Positions 36,238 through 47,283 are shown, numbered from the stretch's first letter. The stretch is DNA of 54,924 nucleotides from a virus (IMGVR_UViG_3300026484_000313:1-54924); one strand, 5' to 3'. Translations and numbers: made by a program. The notes: generated by a model not told the origin, from the sequence alone.

Positions 36238-36882
36238 ATGGTAATAAGTAATGAATTTGATTTAAAAGGTTATATTAAAGTTCTTGAAAAAATTATACAA
36301 AATTTAGATAATAAAATTTATAAGAAGGTAATGACAGATCAGTTATTAAAAGAATATAAAGATAGACTTGTAGGATTATTGTTTAAAAAGTTTTCTTTAA
36401 ATAATCTTACTCATGCAACTTCTGTATCAAATCCTTATAAAGAATTTCCTAAAATTAAATGGCAAAAGTTTGATATTCAATTAAATACCATTACAGGAAC
36501 ATATAAAAAATCAATTCAAATTATAAAAGTAGCAAAAAATAAATTTATGATTTTTACAGATGTAAAATATGCTTCTGCCATTGAATTTGGAACAATAATT
36601 AGAGCTAGAAAAAGATCTTACCTCGCTGTTCCTCTTAATCCTGAATTTTATAAGACATCTCCTACTAAACATAAATTAATTAAAGTAAGAAAGATTTTGT
36701 ATAAGAAAATTGCAAAAAATAAATATAAACCTGCTTATTTACTTACAAAACAAGTTAAAATAAAAGCTCATTATTCTTGGAAAAAGTTTAGCAAAATTGC
36801 ATTTAAAAAATACATTTTAAAGCAATTGCAAGAAAATTATTATAATACTATTGGAAAATGGTTGATAGGAGAGGATTTGTAA
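36238..36882 (+). CDS. Neck/tail completion protein
   Basis: KYASAIEFG, YLAVP, LTKQVKIKA; position in neck cluster. Confidence 0.7.
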   Translation: MVISNEFDLKGYIKVLEKIIQNLDNKIYKKVMTDQLLKEYKDRLVGLLFKKFSLNNLTHATSVSNPYKEFPKIKWQKFDIQLNTITGTYKKSIQIIKVAKNKFMIFTDVKYASAIEFGTIIRARKRSYLAVPLNPEFYKTSPTKHKLIKVRKILYKKIAKNKYKPAYLLTKQVKIKAHYSWKKFSKIAFKKYILKQLQENYYNTIGKWLIGEDL

Positions 36883-36883
36883 T

Positions 36884-37309
36884 ATGGCAGTAAAAACAGA
36901 AATCATAAACAACTTAATCAAAAAATTCAAGGATTTAGGCACATTTAAAGTTGTTGAAAGAGGTATAGAAAAAATTTCAAATTATAAAAAGTTATATTTT
37001 CCTGCATTATTTATTAATTCTTACAAAACAGAAAAGAATGATAGTTTATCTGGATATCAAAGACAAGTTAGAAAATTATATCTAGCTTTAGTGATAGTTG
37101 AACAAACAAAATCAGATTATTATGAGCGTCTAGATGAGCTTGAAAATACTGTAATAAATTTTATTGAAAATATATGTCAGCCAACAGATATACATTCCAA
37201 TGTTTTAAAAATAGAATATATTGATAGTGAAGAAAAAATTAACGACGAACATCTTGATGGACTCATTTCTATTACTATTTTAATTACTATAGATTATTAT
37301 GAAAATTAA
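36884..37309 (+). CDS. Tail terminator-like protein
   Basis: Size, FPALFI motif, position. Confidence 0.6.
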   Translation: MAVKTEIINNLIKKFKDLGTFKVVERGIEKISNYKKLYFPALFINSYKTEKNDSLSGYQRQVRKLYLALVIVEQTKSDYYERLDELENTVINFIENICQPTDIHSNVLKIEYIDSEEKINDEHLDGLISITILITIDYYEN

Positions 37310-37330
37310 CGAAGCGAAGGAGGAGTAGGT

Positions 37331-37609
37331 ATGTTTCAGAAAGAAGTAGAACTTTCTACAGGAGAAAAAATCATTGTAAAACCATTAACTTGGAAACAAA
37401 TAAAACAACATAGATTACTTTCTTTACTTACAAATATTGCTAAAGAAGTGCAAAATCAAGGAGAGAATGCAGTAATTCCAATAGATGAGGATTTAATTGA
37501 TAAAGTTGTTAGATTAGTTATAGGTCCTAAAGTAGATGAACTTCCATTTGAAGATGTATTAAAAATATTTAACACCGTTATAGAAATTACATATCTCCCC
37601 CAGAACTAA
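37331..37609 (+). CDS. Tail assembly chaperone (gpG-like)
   Basis: Small acidic ORF upstream of tape measure; VKPLTW. Confidence 0.7.
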   Translation: MFQKEVELSTGEKIIVKPLTWKQIKQHRLLSLLTNIAKEVQNQGENAVIPIDEDLIDKVVRLVIGPKVDELPFEDVLKIFNTVIEITYLPQN

Positions 37610-37623
37610 AAAGGGAAGTTGAG

Positions 37624-38034
37624 GTGGCTTTCCGCCTCAGCTTCTCTTCTTCTAATTCACAATTCCCTTCCTGTAAAGATTGTATAGAAAAAAAGTTGTA
37701 TAAGGAGCGTAATTGTTCAGGTAATCTTTTTGATTTAAAACCTGTAATTCGTGATAAAGATTATTATATTATTATTGATAACAAATTTAAAATAAATTAT
37801 TGTCCTAATATTTTATTTGCTAAAGAAGATATTCAATTTTTATTATCTATTTATGCATTTTTTGAGAGAGGGTTTTTACCATTTGAGGGAAGTATTTTAG
37901 ATCAACCTTATTGGGTTATTGAACTTTTTCAAATGCTTAATATAATAAAAGCAGAGCTAGAAGAAAAAGAGCTTAATTCCGGTGCTCTTCAAAATTCTAT
38001 AGCTACTACATCTAATTTCTCCTCTATGAGGTAA
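37624..38034 (+). CDS. Tail assembly chaperone, second part (gpT-like), probably made by -1 frameshift
   Basis: -1 frame relative to gpG, open from 37573; C..C, CP, GFLPFEGSILDQP motif. Confidence 0.65.
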   Translation: MAFRLSFSSSNSQFPSCKDCIEKKLYKERNCSGNLFDLKPVIRDKDYYIIIDNKFKINYCPNILFAKEDIQFLLSIYAFFERGFLPFEGSILDQPYWVIELFQMLNIIKAELEEKELNSGALQNSIATTSNFSSMR

Positions 38035-38039
38035 TTTAA

Positions 38040-41000
38040 ATGGCTTATGAAGTAAAAGTTGTTTTAAATCTAGAAGACAATGTTAAAAAGAAGTTAGAAA
38101 AAGTTTTACAAGATTTTAAGCAATTAGAAAGAACATTATCAAAAGTTGCAAATACATTTAATAAAATAACAAAGTCTTATGATAATTTAGCTTCTTCATT
38201 TGATAATTTAAATAAAATTATGAGTTTTACACAAAATAAGGTTTCTTCTGTATCTAAATCAGCTCAAAGCATAGCTGATAGATTAAGCAGAACATCTCAG
38301 GAAATAGATAAAACTTCTTCTAGTTTGCAAGCATTTACTAATATTTTAAAGAAAAATGAAAATGTAGTTGGTAATGTGAATACAGCTTACGAGCAATTTA
38401 TTAGCAATTTGAAAGAATTTTGGGATAGATTTGGTGCGGTTGCTGTTGCTTTTACTATTCTGTATAGGCTATTTAATTTAATTGAAAATGCAATTTCATC
38501 TGCAACAGATAGAATAATTCAAGGTATTCAATATTTTGATGATTATACATCTGCAATTAATAGATATGCTTTAATGTTGAAATTAGCAGTAAATAATGCA
38601 CTTTCATTCAGTCAAGCATTGAAATTAGCAACTGATACAATAAATGCTGTTAGATTAGCATCTCTTAATGCTTTAACTGGATTTCAAGAAGTAATTACAG
38701 GTTTAGATGAACTTGCACAACAAGGAATTTATATTTCCTCTGCACTTGCTAAACCATTTACAGATTTTGTAGATTTAACAGTTATGATTGCTCAAACAAC
38801 AGGTTCTACTTTATTGCAAGTAAGACAAGAGTTATCTGCTTTAATGACTGGTTCTGCAAGAGCATCTAACCAAATGGTTAGATTTCTTAAAAATTTAGGA
38901 ATGACTGACAAGCAAATTAAGGATTTATACAACAAACTTTTATCTTTGGATAATCCTTCAAAAAGATTTGCACAATTAATTATTTATCTTGATAAGTATA
39001 TTTCCCAATTTAAAGATAATTTATTTAACCTCAATTTTGATAGAGCAGTTAATAGATTTTCCAACTTGATAAATATTTTATCTTCTTTCTCAATTCAACT
39101 TGTGAATTTACAAAGAACAGGGAAAGCATTTAGCAATGTATTTGCTAAGATATTTAATGATTTATATCAGCGTTTTATCAATGTAGATATCTATAAAAAG
39201 ATAAATAAATTACAGCTTCAAATGTATCAAGCAATTATTGATGGTAATTTAACCACAGCTAAAGCTTTATTTGACAAAATCCAAAAATTACAAGCCCAAT
39301 TATTCACTCCTGAAGCTAAAACTTACATAAAAGATATGGCACATTTATACAATTTACTTGCAGATGCTCTTAAAGGAGTTGTAGCAGTTTTAGGAGCTGT
39401 TATATCATTTCTTTTAAAAGTTATTAGATATATAGATATCGTTTATCAAGTTATTAAAAAATTAGTTAGTATTTTATACGATGCTAATCCTGTATTAAAA
39501 ATATTTGTATCTATATTAGGACAAGTTTTAAGCACTGTTTTACCACTTGCAACTGCAATGTTTATTTTATATAAATCCGTTAGATTAGCTACAAATGCTC
39601 TTATAGCTTTTTATACATTGGGAGCCACAAGATTATTACCTTTATTAACAAGAATTAGAACAGCAATTGCAGGTATAGGAGCTGTTTTATCTGCTGAATT
39701 CTTACCTGTAATAGCTGGATTATTAACAGTAGTTGGTGGAATTTATGGTGCATTAAAAATAACTGGAAAATGGGAAGGAGTTAAAGACAAAATTGTTTCT
39801 GGTTTAAGAGAGATTAAAAACGAAATAGCAGAATTATTTGGATTTGGAGAAAAAGATATAAATAAATTATTTGGTAAAGGAGATTTTAAATCTTTAGTTG
39901 AAGCATTAGAGAGTGGTAGGGAAAATTTTGAAGCAATTATCAATTCTTACAAAGATTTAATAGGTAAATATAAAAGTGTTATATCACAATTACAGACTTT
40001 AGGTGTGGATAAAGTTTCTTACACTGCAATATTACCACCTCCTAGCACTTTTGAGAAGTTTAAAGCTTTTATGTCTAATATCAAAAAAGTTGCGAAAGAT
40101 ACATTTGATTTGGGAACTATAAATGTTATTCCGAAACTATCAATTGTAATAGATAAATATAAATTATTACAAGATGCAATTAATAAGACAGAGCAAGCAA
40201 TTAAGAGACTTATAAAAGGTTTTGTTGATGGTAAAGTTGATTTAAAAGAATTTAAATTTGAACTTTATGATTTGGTTTTACAATTATATTCTTTGAAAAA
40301 ACAATTAATTTTGTCTAAGTTAGGGTTTGATAAACTTTTAATGAAGATTGAAGATTTTAAAGCAAGTATTAATAATTTAAAAGTTGATAATCTTGATAAT
40401 GTAATTAACCAATTCAAATCTTTAAACAGCAAAATTAAACAAGTGTTAAATGAACTTGCTGGGAAAGATTATTTATCAAATGAATATTTGAAGCTTAAAA
40501 AGAAATTTAAAAGTTTATCTCAAAGTTTAGCTTCAGGATTGAGATCTGTTATAGATACTTTAAGAACTCAATTTAAAGATTTTAAAACTAAAGGTGTTTT
40601 TGATGAAAAAGAATTTAATAAATTACTCATAGATATTATTTTGGTTCAAAAAGCAATTTCAAAACTCAAAAACACTCCTCTGGAAAGCTTATCTAATAAA
40701 TTGCAAATGCAATTAAATATTTTAAAACAAAATATTATAAATTGGAGAATTACAATTAGTTTAGTAAATGAATTTAGAAATAAGATTGATGAGTTAAAGC
40801 AGAAATTAAAGGAATTATCAGATAACTTTAATAAAGGCATAAAGTTATCTGTATCTTATCAAGAACTTATAAATGCTAGAAATACATTAGCACAATTAAT
40901 TCAAGAAGCTGAAAACGGTAAATATGCTAAGTTGAAAATATTTGATGTTAAAGATATTAAGCAAGCTAAAAGACTGTTAGATGAATATGATAGAAAAATT

Positions 41001-41624
41001 AAAGAAATCCAAGAGCAAACAAAAGGCGGACAAGCTTTCTTTGATGTATTTAAAAAATATTCAGATAGAATGTATTTACAAATAAAAATGACAAAACAAT
41101 TTGCTCAGACAGCATTACAAACTATTAATGCTTTTGAACAGCAAACTGCTAATATTTTATATGATGCATTTACAGGAAGATTGAGAACTTTTAAAGACTA
41201 TGCAAATGCTTTATCTAATGCTTTATTACAAATTTTATCTCAAGTAATAGCTAAAATGATTGTTGCTAAAACTATCTCAGCTATAGTAGCAAGTGCAAAT
41301 GGAAATGTGCTTAAAGGTGGAATTAAATTTTTTGCAAATGGTGGAATTGTTAGAGAACCAACTATAGGTGTTGTTGGAGAAGGAAAATACAACGAAGCAA
41401 TAGTTCCTCTTCCTGATGGAAGACATATTCCAGCAATTGTAAAAGCTCCACAGCAACAACCAGTGCATAATAATATAGTTTTACAAATCCAAGCTATAGA
41501 TGCTCAATCAATTGTTGAATTTGAGCGAAGAACTGGAGCTATTTCTGGAATTGTTAGAGAAGCAATTACTAAAGATATGCAAAATAACGGAATGATCCGT
41601 CGTAGTATAAAATCATATTTTTAA
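38040..41624 (+). CDS. Tape measure protein
   Basis: 1194 aa, helical, central hydrophobic stretch, C-terminal FANGGIV...VGEG..EAIVPL. Confidence 0.92.
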   Translation: MAYEVKVVLNLEDNVKKKLEKVLQDFKQLERTLSKVANTFNKITKSYDNLASSFDNLNKIMSFTQNKVSSVSKSAQSIADRLSRTSQEIDKTSSSLQAFTNILKKNENVVGNVNTAYEQFISNLKEFWDRFGAVAVAFTILYRLFNLIENAISSATDRIIQGIQYFDDYTSAINRYALMLKLAVNNALSFSQALKLATDTINAVRLASLNALTGFQEVITGLDELAQQGIYISSALAKPFTDFVDLTVMIAQTTGSTLLQVRQELSALMTGSARASNQMVRFLKNLGMTDKQIKDLYNKLLSLDNPSKRFAQLIIYLDKYISQFKDNLFNLNFDRAVNRFSNLINILSSFSIQLVNLQRTGKAFSNVFAKIFNDLYQRFINVDIYKKINKLQLQMYQAIIDGNLTTAKALFDKIQKLQAQLFTPEAKTYIKDMAHLYNLLADALKGVVAVLGAVISFLLKVIRYIDIVYQVIKKLVSILYDANPVLKIFVSILGQVLSTVLPLATAMFILYKSVRLATNALIAFYTLGATRLLPLLTRIRTAIAGIGAVLSAEFLPVIAGLLTVVGGIYGALKITGKWEGVKDKIVSGLREIKNEIAELFGFGEKDINKLFGKGDFKSLVEALESGRENFEAIINSYKDLIGKYKSVISQLQTLGVDKVSYTAILPPPSTFEKFKAFMSNIKKVAKDTFDLGTINVIPKLSIVIDKYKLLQDAINKTEQAIKRLIKGFVDGKVDLKEFKFELYDLVLQLYSLKKQLILSKLGFDKLLMKIEDFKASINNLKVDNLDNVINQFKSLNSKIKQVLNELAGKDYLSNEYLKLKKKFKSLSQSLASGLRSVIDTLRTQFKDFKTKGVFDEKEFNKLLIDIILVQKAISKLKNTPLESLSNKLQMQLNILKQNIINWRITISLVNEFRNKIDELKQKLKELSDNFNKGIKLSVSYQELINARNTLAQLIQEAENGKYAKLKIFDVKDIKQAKRLLDEYDRKIKEIQEQTKGGQAFFDVFKKYSDRMYLQIKMTKQFAQTALQTINAFEQQTANILYDAFTGRLRTFKDYANALSNALLQILSQVIAKMIVAKTISAIVASANGNVLKGGIKFFANGGIVREPTIGVVGEGKYNEAIVPLPDGRHIPAIVKAPQQQPVHNNIVLQIQAIDAQSIVEFERRTGAISGIVREAITKDMQNNGMIRRSIKSYF

Positions 41625-41649
41625 TTAACAAATTTGCAGAGGTTATTAG

Positions 41650-42216
41650 ATGTTAGTATATCCTGAATATCCATTACCAAATACTCCAATAAAATGTATA
41701 ACAATACATGATATACTTAAGAGTGAGATTTCTTTTGGATTTACATATAAAAGAAGACGAAGTTTTAGAAGAAAAAGACAGTTTATTTTATCATATTCTT
41801 GGCTAAAACCTAACGAAGTTGAAATATTACAAAACTTTTACAATGAAGTTCAAGAAAGTGATGGATATTTTTACTATATATCTCATACAAAATATTCTTG
41901 GAAAAATGAATATGTTGCAAAAGTAATTGATACATCTGTTATTCAATATGAACTCCCATTATATAAATGGGAAGAGTTAATTATTTATGTTAATGGTGTG
42001 GAAGTATATGATTATGAAATCATAAATAGCTATCCAAGAGCAGTTGTTAAGTTTAATTCATCTTTGAATTTAGGTGATTTAATTACTTGCTCTTTTAAAA
42101 ATGCAAATGTATGTTTAATATGTGAGTTTGATGAAAATTCTATGGGATTAGAACATTTAGTAGCTGGTTATTCTAATATTGGAGATTTAAAAATAAATGA
42201 AGTATTAAATTATTAA
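41650..42216 (+). CDS. Distal tail (Dit)-like protein
   Basis: Follows tape measure; R.F.LSY..L....LQNFY...FYY pattern. Confidence 0.65.
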   Translation: MLVYPEYPLPNTPIKCITIHDILKSEISFGFTYKRRRSFRRKRQFILSYSWLKPNEVEILQNFYNEVQESDGYFYYISHTKYSWKNEYVAKVIDTSVIQYELPLYKWEELIIYVNGVEVYDYEIINSYPRAVVKFNSSLNLGDLITCSFKNANVCLICEFDENSMGLEHLVAGYSNIGDLKINEVLNY

Positions 42217-42227
42217 AGAGGTATAAA

Positions 42228-42704
42228 ATGGGAATACAAATTACTGTTGGTTCTGCGGTTTTAGAAAATCTTGCATCTAAAGATTTATCTAATGTGCCTA
42301 ATAATGATTTTTTAAAAAAGATTTTAGATGTTGATGGGCAAGGAAGTGGATTAGATGCAGATTTAGTTAGAGGACTTCCTGCTGATTTCTCCGCAAATTT
42401 ATCTGAAAGTGGCTATCAAAAATTACCTAGTGGTTTAATTATACAGTGGGGAATTTATGATACACTTACAAATACAAGTGGAAGCACTGCAGAAGGCTCA
42501 GTTTCATTTCCCATAGCTTTTCCTAATCAATGTTTCCAAGTAATTGCAAATCCTGTAAATGTCCCAAATGATGTTTGGGGTGCTGTTAGTGTTCGTATAG
42601 TTTCTGTAGATACTTCATCTTTTACTTATAACATAGATACAACAGATCCAAATCAACACATTACAAAGAATGTTAGAATAAGATATATAGCAATTGGGTA
42701 TTAG
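42228..42704 (+). CDS. Short tail-fibre protein (gp53-like C-terminal domain)
   Basis: DGQGSGLDADL, GYQKLPSGLIIQWG, FPIAFPNQC, YIAIGY. Confidence 0.85.
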   Translation: MGIQITVGSAVLENLASKDLSNVPNNDFLKKILDVDGQGSGLDADLVRGLPADFSANLSESGYQKLPSGLIIQWGIYDTLTNTSGSTAEGSVSFPIAFPNQCFQVIANPVNVPNDVWGAVSVRIVSVDTSSFTYNIDTTDPNQHITKNVRIRYIAIGY

Positions 42705-42713
42705 GGGGATATA

Positions 42714-43421
42714 ATGGCAAAATATGTAGTTTTAGATGAAAAAGGATTTCCTAAAGCTTTTTATGACTCTAAAATTAATAATTACATTCCCTGTAATGCT
42801 ATATTAATATCTGAAGAAGTATGGAAAACTTTAATTGAAAATCAAGGGAAGGTTGTTTATTTTAAAAATGAGATAATAAATATTGAAAACAAAATATGGG
42901 ACGAACAAAATAAAATATGGAGAGATAAAACAGAAGAAGAGCTTTTAGAAGAAGAGAGATATAAAAAATTAATTGAATTAGATATACTAACAACTAATTA
43001 TATTTTAAAAAATTATTCTGATGTAAAGCAAAAATCAGATTTGGCAGATAAAGAGTATTTTGGAGCCGCTTTGTTAATGGCAAATCCAAATTATACTACT
43101 GATGAAATTTATAGAAAAGTTGGTGAGTATGCAAATCAATTATTAGATAATTTTTATAAGGAAATTCAAGAAGGAACTGAACATTGTCCAGCAATTATTT
43201 TAACTAAATTTTTAGATGAGATTTTACAAAAGTTGCCTGAAAGTGAAAGATTTTATTGGGAACAATTAATTAAAGTTGGTGTTAGAACAGCTTGGGTTCA
43301 ATTAGTAAAAGATAAATATAGAAAGTTAAAAGAACAAATATTAAATATATCTACTTTAGATGAGTTGAAATCTGTAAATATAACAGAAGCAGATTTTCCA
43401 TTATTTCCTAAATTCCAATAG
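42714..43421 (+). CDS. Tail fibre assembly/chaperone-like protein
   Basis: AFYD..IP.NAI.ISEE.W N-terminus; TLDELKSV C-terminus; follows fibre gene. Confidence 0.65.
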   Translation: MAKYVVLDEKGFPKAFYDSKINNYIPCNAILISEEVWKTLIENQGKVVYFKNEIINIENKIWDEQNKIWRDKTEEELLEEERYKKLIELDILTTNYILKNYSDVKQKSDLADKEYFGAALLMANPNYTTDEIYRKVGEYANQLLDNFYKEIQEGTEHCPAIILTKFLDEILQKLPESERFYWEQLIKVGVRTAWVQLVKDKYRKLKEQILNISTLDELKSVNITEADFPLFPKFQ

Positions 43422-43432
43422 GAGATATTTAA

Positions 43433-44407
43433 ATGCAATACTTTCCTACTGATATAAATCCTACTGAAGAAAATAGAAAAATAATACAAAATATAGCATA
43501 TATAGAACTCGGGTTTAATAATTTATCTAAAGATCATAAGGACAAACTTTTACAATTTTATTCCGCAAATAAAAATAACTTGTTCTACTACATCACAAAA
43601 AATAAATACACTTATACTATATACGATGCTTTTGGGTATATAAATGAACCAGATTTTATTATTGTAAATGATGAGAAAAACGAAGTTAGTAATTTATATG
43701 TAAATGATACAATTAAATTTATAGGTTGGGATAGAGAAATAGTTTTTACTGACTCTAATACAATCAATCCTCCATTCACATTGTTTGTGGAGCAATTATT
43801 TTCATCTGGCAATGTAAATTATCTAACTATAAGTAATTCAGATATTAAAATTAAAATAAATCAAGAAGATGAAAGATTTTTAGCAATTTCTGTAGAAACT
43901 TCTTCATTTAAAGAAACAAAGAGAATTCATCTTAAAAAGACAATTTTAAAAGTTGCAAATACAAAAATAGAAGAGATTTTATATGCACTTTGTATTACAA
44001 ACGATGTTATATTTTTTGCTCATAATGGCAATTGTTCCAAAATAAAAATAAATTCTAAGGCTAATTTGAATAACCTTGATGTTTATTCAAACATTAATAT
44101 TTTAAATTTTCTTTTAATTAACAAAATTACAGATGAAGAGTTTTTAGGTAAATTTTTATACCCTATTGGATACACAGTTCCATTTGTTTTAGATGAGCTT
44201 AACAATGTTATATATCTGCTTGGATATAATAAAATGTATATTTATGGGCGTATAAGGTATATAGCACATTTTGCCAAAGATGTTGTTGTATTTTCTTCTG
44301 GTGAAGATAATTTTCTTTTGAAAATGTATTTAAAAGAATTTGAAAAACACATTACTACAAAAGATAGTAAATTTGATAAATATACTTATAATGATTTATG
44401 GGGTTAG
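43433..44407 (+). CDS. Tail protein, second Dit-like paralog with insertion
   Basis: LGFNNLSKDHKDKLLQFY...LFYYITKNKY resembles 41650-42216. Confidence 0.5.
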   Translation: MQYFPTDINPTEENRKIIQNIAYIELGFNNLSKDHKDKLLQFYSANKNNLFYYITKNKYTYTIYDAFGYINEPDFIIVNDEKNEVSNLYVNDTIKFIGWDREIVFTDSNTINPPFTLFVEQLFSSGNVNYLTISNSDIKIKINQEDERFLAISVETSSFKETKRIHLKKTILKVANTKIEEILYALCITNDVIFFAHNGNCSKIKINSKANLNNLDVYSNINILNFLLINKITDEEFLGKFLYPIGYTVPFVLDELNNVIYLLGYNKMYIYGRIRYIAHFAKDVVVFSSGEDNFLLKMYLKEFEKHITTKDSKFDKYTYNDLWG

Positions 44408-44410
44408 AAT

Positions 44411-44935
44411 ATGATTTCAGAAGAGATATATGAACAATTTAAAAAAATTGTTGCTGATATATGTTTTCTTTTAGAAATGGAAATAACAAATACAGATAAT
44501 TCTAAGAAAACGGTTTATTATACTTCTTATGATATTCCTGTAGTTGATATAAATACAAATGTGGTTTATCAACCTTTTGCATTTGATATAGAAAATTTTA
44601 GTTATGGTTCTGATTTGTCTATAGATAATTTAACAGTAAAATTGGATAATACTAAATTACAACAGGTAGGGATTTTTTTAAATAAGGATCAAAGAGGAAA
44701 TAATGTAAAAGTAAAGTTGGCTATATTAAATGAATTTGGTAATGCAATTGCAACTTTGGAATTTTTCTCTGGAAAAATCTCTTCTGTTGAAATAAATGAA
44801 AAAGAAGCAAGGATAACTATAAAACATGATTTGTTATTTTGGAATAATAGGACATTAAGAATTCACACATATGATTTATTTCCTAATCAAAAAGATTTAA
44901 ATAATACTACACTTATGAAGTGGGGTAGAAGTTAG
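44411..44935 (+). CDS. Baseplate hub / minor tail protein (gpL/DUF2163-like)
   Basis: YYTSYD, LDN, FFSGKI, terminal WGR. Confidence 0.7.
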   Translation: MISEEIYEQFKKIVADICFLLEMEITNTDNSKKTVYYTSYDIPVVDINTNVVYQPFAFDIENFSYGSDLSIDNLTVKLDNTKLQQVGIFLNKDQRGNNVKVKLAILNEFGNAIATLEFFSGKISSVEINEKEARITIKHDLLFWNNRTLRIHTYDLFPNQKDLNNTTLMKWGRS

Positions 44936-44937
44936 TT

Positions 44938-47283
44938 ATGGGTTGGTTTAGTAAAATAACACATTCAATTGGTAAATTTTTTAGTTCTACAGTAGGTAAA
45001 ATAGTAAAGATAGGATTAGAAGTCGCAGCCTTAGTTGCATTAGCAGTTGGAGCTACAGTTGTAGCTGCAGTTATTGGACTTGGTTTAATGCTTGTTGGTT
45101 ATTGTGAAGGTAAGTATTTAGAAGATAGTGCCCAAAATATGGATAATGATATTGAAAATAATGGGCATTTATTGAATACATTAGCAAATGTAAATAACCC
45201 TATTCCTCTTTTATATGGAACAGTTAGGGTAGGTGGAAATGTAGTTTTTCAAAAGACGGCCGGGGAAAAGAATAAATATTTATATAGAGCAATGACTTTA
45301 GGAGAAGGAAGATTAGGAAAAATTCACAATATTTTAATTGATGATAAACCTATTACTCCTGCAATTTTAGTTAAAAAAAGCAATAATGAATGGGTATATA
45401 AAATAATTTCAAGTGATATAAATGCAGTTAAAGTTACTTGTAAGTTAGGTGGAGTAAAAGATTTTGAGGTAAATAATGCTGTTATAAAATTAGGACAATC
45501 AAAGGAAATTGGTAGTTATGTTTATGATGAAAATGAAGGTTGGTTTTTTCTAGCTCATACTGTTCGTGTAGTAAATATAAAAGTATATGCTGAATTTTTT
45601 AAAGATGATCACGGGGATTTATATCTTAAAGTGTATATAGTTGATTTATTAGGTAAAAATAACATGCATTTTAATAATGTTATAATTACTTCATATTCTA
45701 CAGATAACGGAAATACTTGGAATGTATGTAAAAAAAAGTATCTAGATAAATTAGATATAATCTATTTTGATGGTGAAAATTTATATAAATTAGATAAGAA
45801 TGTTAATAAAACATTTGAAGATAATTGGATACTTATTGATTGCAATGACAACTTATTTAAAGAATTTGTTGATAATGGATTTATGGTAGAAACTTATAGT
45901 GGAAGTGATAAATACGAAAAAGCTTTTAATATGTTAAGAGAAAGACATGTTGGATTATTATTAGTTAAATTAACTTATGATAGCAAAGTTTGGACAAATA
46001 TACCAACTATAACAGTTATTATAGATGGTAAGCAAGCATCAACTCCTTTTAATAAAAAAGTTCATACTTTAAAAAATCCAGTTGAAGTTTTATATGATTA
46101 TATGACTAATCCTACATATGGATTAGGATTATCTGTAGATAGGCTAGATTTAATCTTAGATAATAATGGTATCGCAATTGATGGTAGTTGGAAATTGTGT
46201 TATGACTATTGTGAGCAGAAAGGTTTTAAATTTGAAGGTATAATAAAATCAGGTAAAGTAATAGATATTATCAAAAGAATTTTAAATCATTTTAGAGGAG
46301 AAATGGTTTATTATTTTGGAGTGTTTGGTATTATTTTTAAAGATTTACCTGTGGAAATTCAGAAAGGATTAACTTATCCTGATGTTATAGAAATAGAAGA
46401 GGGTAATCCTTCATTTACAGTTAATTATCCTGACATAACCACAATGTATGATCAAGTGGAAGTTTCTTTTATAGATCCAGCTCTTAATTATAAAGTAAAT
46501 AAAATAAAAATACCTGAAAATCCTAAAACAGATAAACAACCTAATAGAACTACATTATCTCTTTATGGTTGTGATTATCCTCAAGCTAAATTACTAGGAA
46601 CCTATTTCCTTGAAAGAAGTAGATTAGGTATTACAGTATCTTTCATAACTTCTCATAAATATATAGATTTACAATTAGGACAAGCATTCAAATTAACTAA
46701 TAAGGCTTGGGGAATTGAAGAACAATGGTTTAGATGCACTTCTATTAAACCTACAATTGATGGAAAATTGCAAATTTCAGCAATAATAGAAGATGAAAAA
46801 TTATATGATGATGTTTATGAACCTTATGTATATGATATAGATTTAACAGAATTTTTATCTCCGTTTGAGTTATTACACGCAAATGTAAGCAGTATCAATG
46901 CATTAAGTATTAATAACGCAAAATCATATGTAATTTCTTTATTTAATTCTACTGGATTAAAATATTATAGTATTGCAGAACCTTCAGACTCAGATGGATA
47001 TGTATCTAATAATACTGTTGTTATATACCCAAAATCTTCAGTAATATTTACTGTTGATATTTCAAATCCTGATGGTTCAGCTCCATCAAAATTTGCAATT
47101 GGTGTAGTTCCTAATGTAAATACGGTTAAATTATATTATTCTTATGATAAATCTAATTGGATTTCTTATAATCAAGAGTCTATAATAAATAATAGTTCAG
47201 GAAATAAAAAAATATATGTGAAAATTGAAAATATAACTAATGAACCTATATTTATCAGTAATTTAGTTGTAGTCCATGAATAA
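44938..47283 (+). CDS. Tail tip / central fibre protein (gpJ-like)
   Basis: N-terminal hydrophobic segment, PIPLLYGTVRVGGN, LGEG, NPVEVLYDYMTNP.YGLG, VSFIDP. Confidence 0.85.
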   Translation: MGWFSKITHSIGKFFSSTVGKIVKIGLEVAALVALAVGATVVAAVIGLGLMLVGYCEGKYLEDSAQNMDNDIENNGHLLNTLANVNNPIPLLYGTVRVGGNVVFQKTAGEKNKYLYRAMTLGEGRLGKIHNILIDDKPITPAILVKKSNNEWVYKIISSDINAVKVTCKLGGVKDFEVNNAVIKLGQSKEIGSYVYDENEGWFFLAHTVRVVNIKVYAEFFKDDHGDLYLKVYIVDLLGKNNMHFNNVIITSYSTDNGNTWNVCKKKYLDKLDIIYFDGENLYKLDKNVNKTFEDNWILIDCNDNLFKEFVDNGFMVETYSGSDKYEKAFNMLRERHVGLLLVKLTYDSKVWTNIPTITVIIDGKQASTPFNKKVHTLKNPVEVLYDYMTNPTYGLGLSVDRLDLILDNNGIAIDGSWKLCYDYCEQKGFKFEGIIKSGKVIDIIKRILNHFRGEMVYYFGVFGIIFKDLPVEIQKGLTYPDVIEIEEGNPSFTVNYPDITTMYDQVEVSFIDPALNYKVNKIKIPENPKTDKQPNRTTLSLYGCDYPQAKLLGTYFLERSRLGITVSFITSHKYIDLQLGQAFKLTNKAWGIEEQWFRCTSIKPTIDGKLQISAIIEDEKLYDDVYEPYVYDIDLTEFLSPFELLHANVSSINALSINNAKSYVISLFNSTGLKYYSIAEPSDSDGYVSNNTVVIYPKSSVIFTVDISNPDGSAPSKFAIGVVPNVNTVKLYYSYDKSNWISYNQESIINNSSGNKKIYVKIENITNEPIFISNLVVVHE

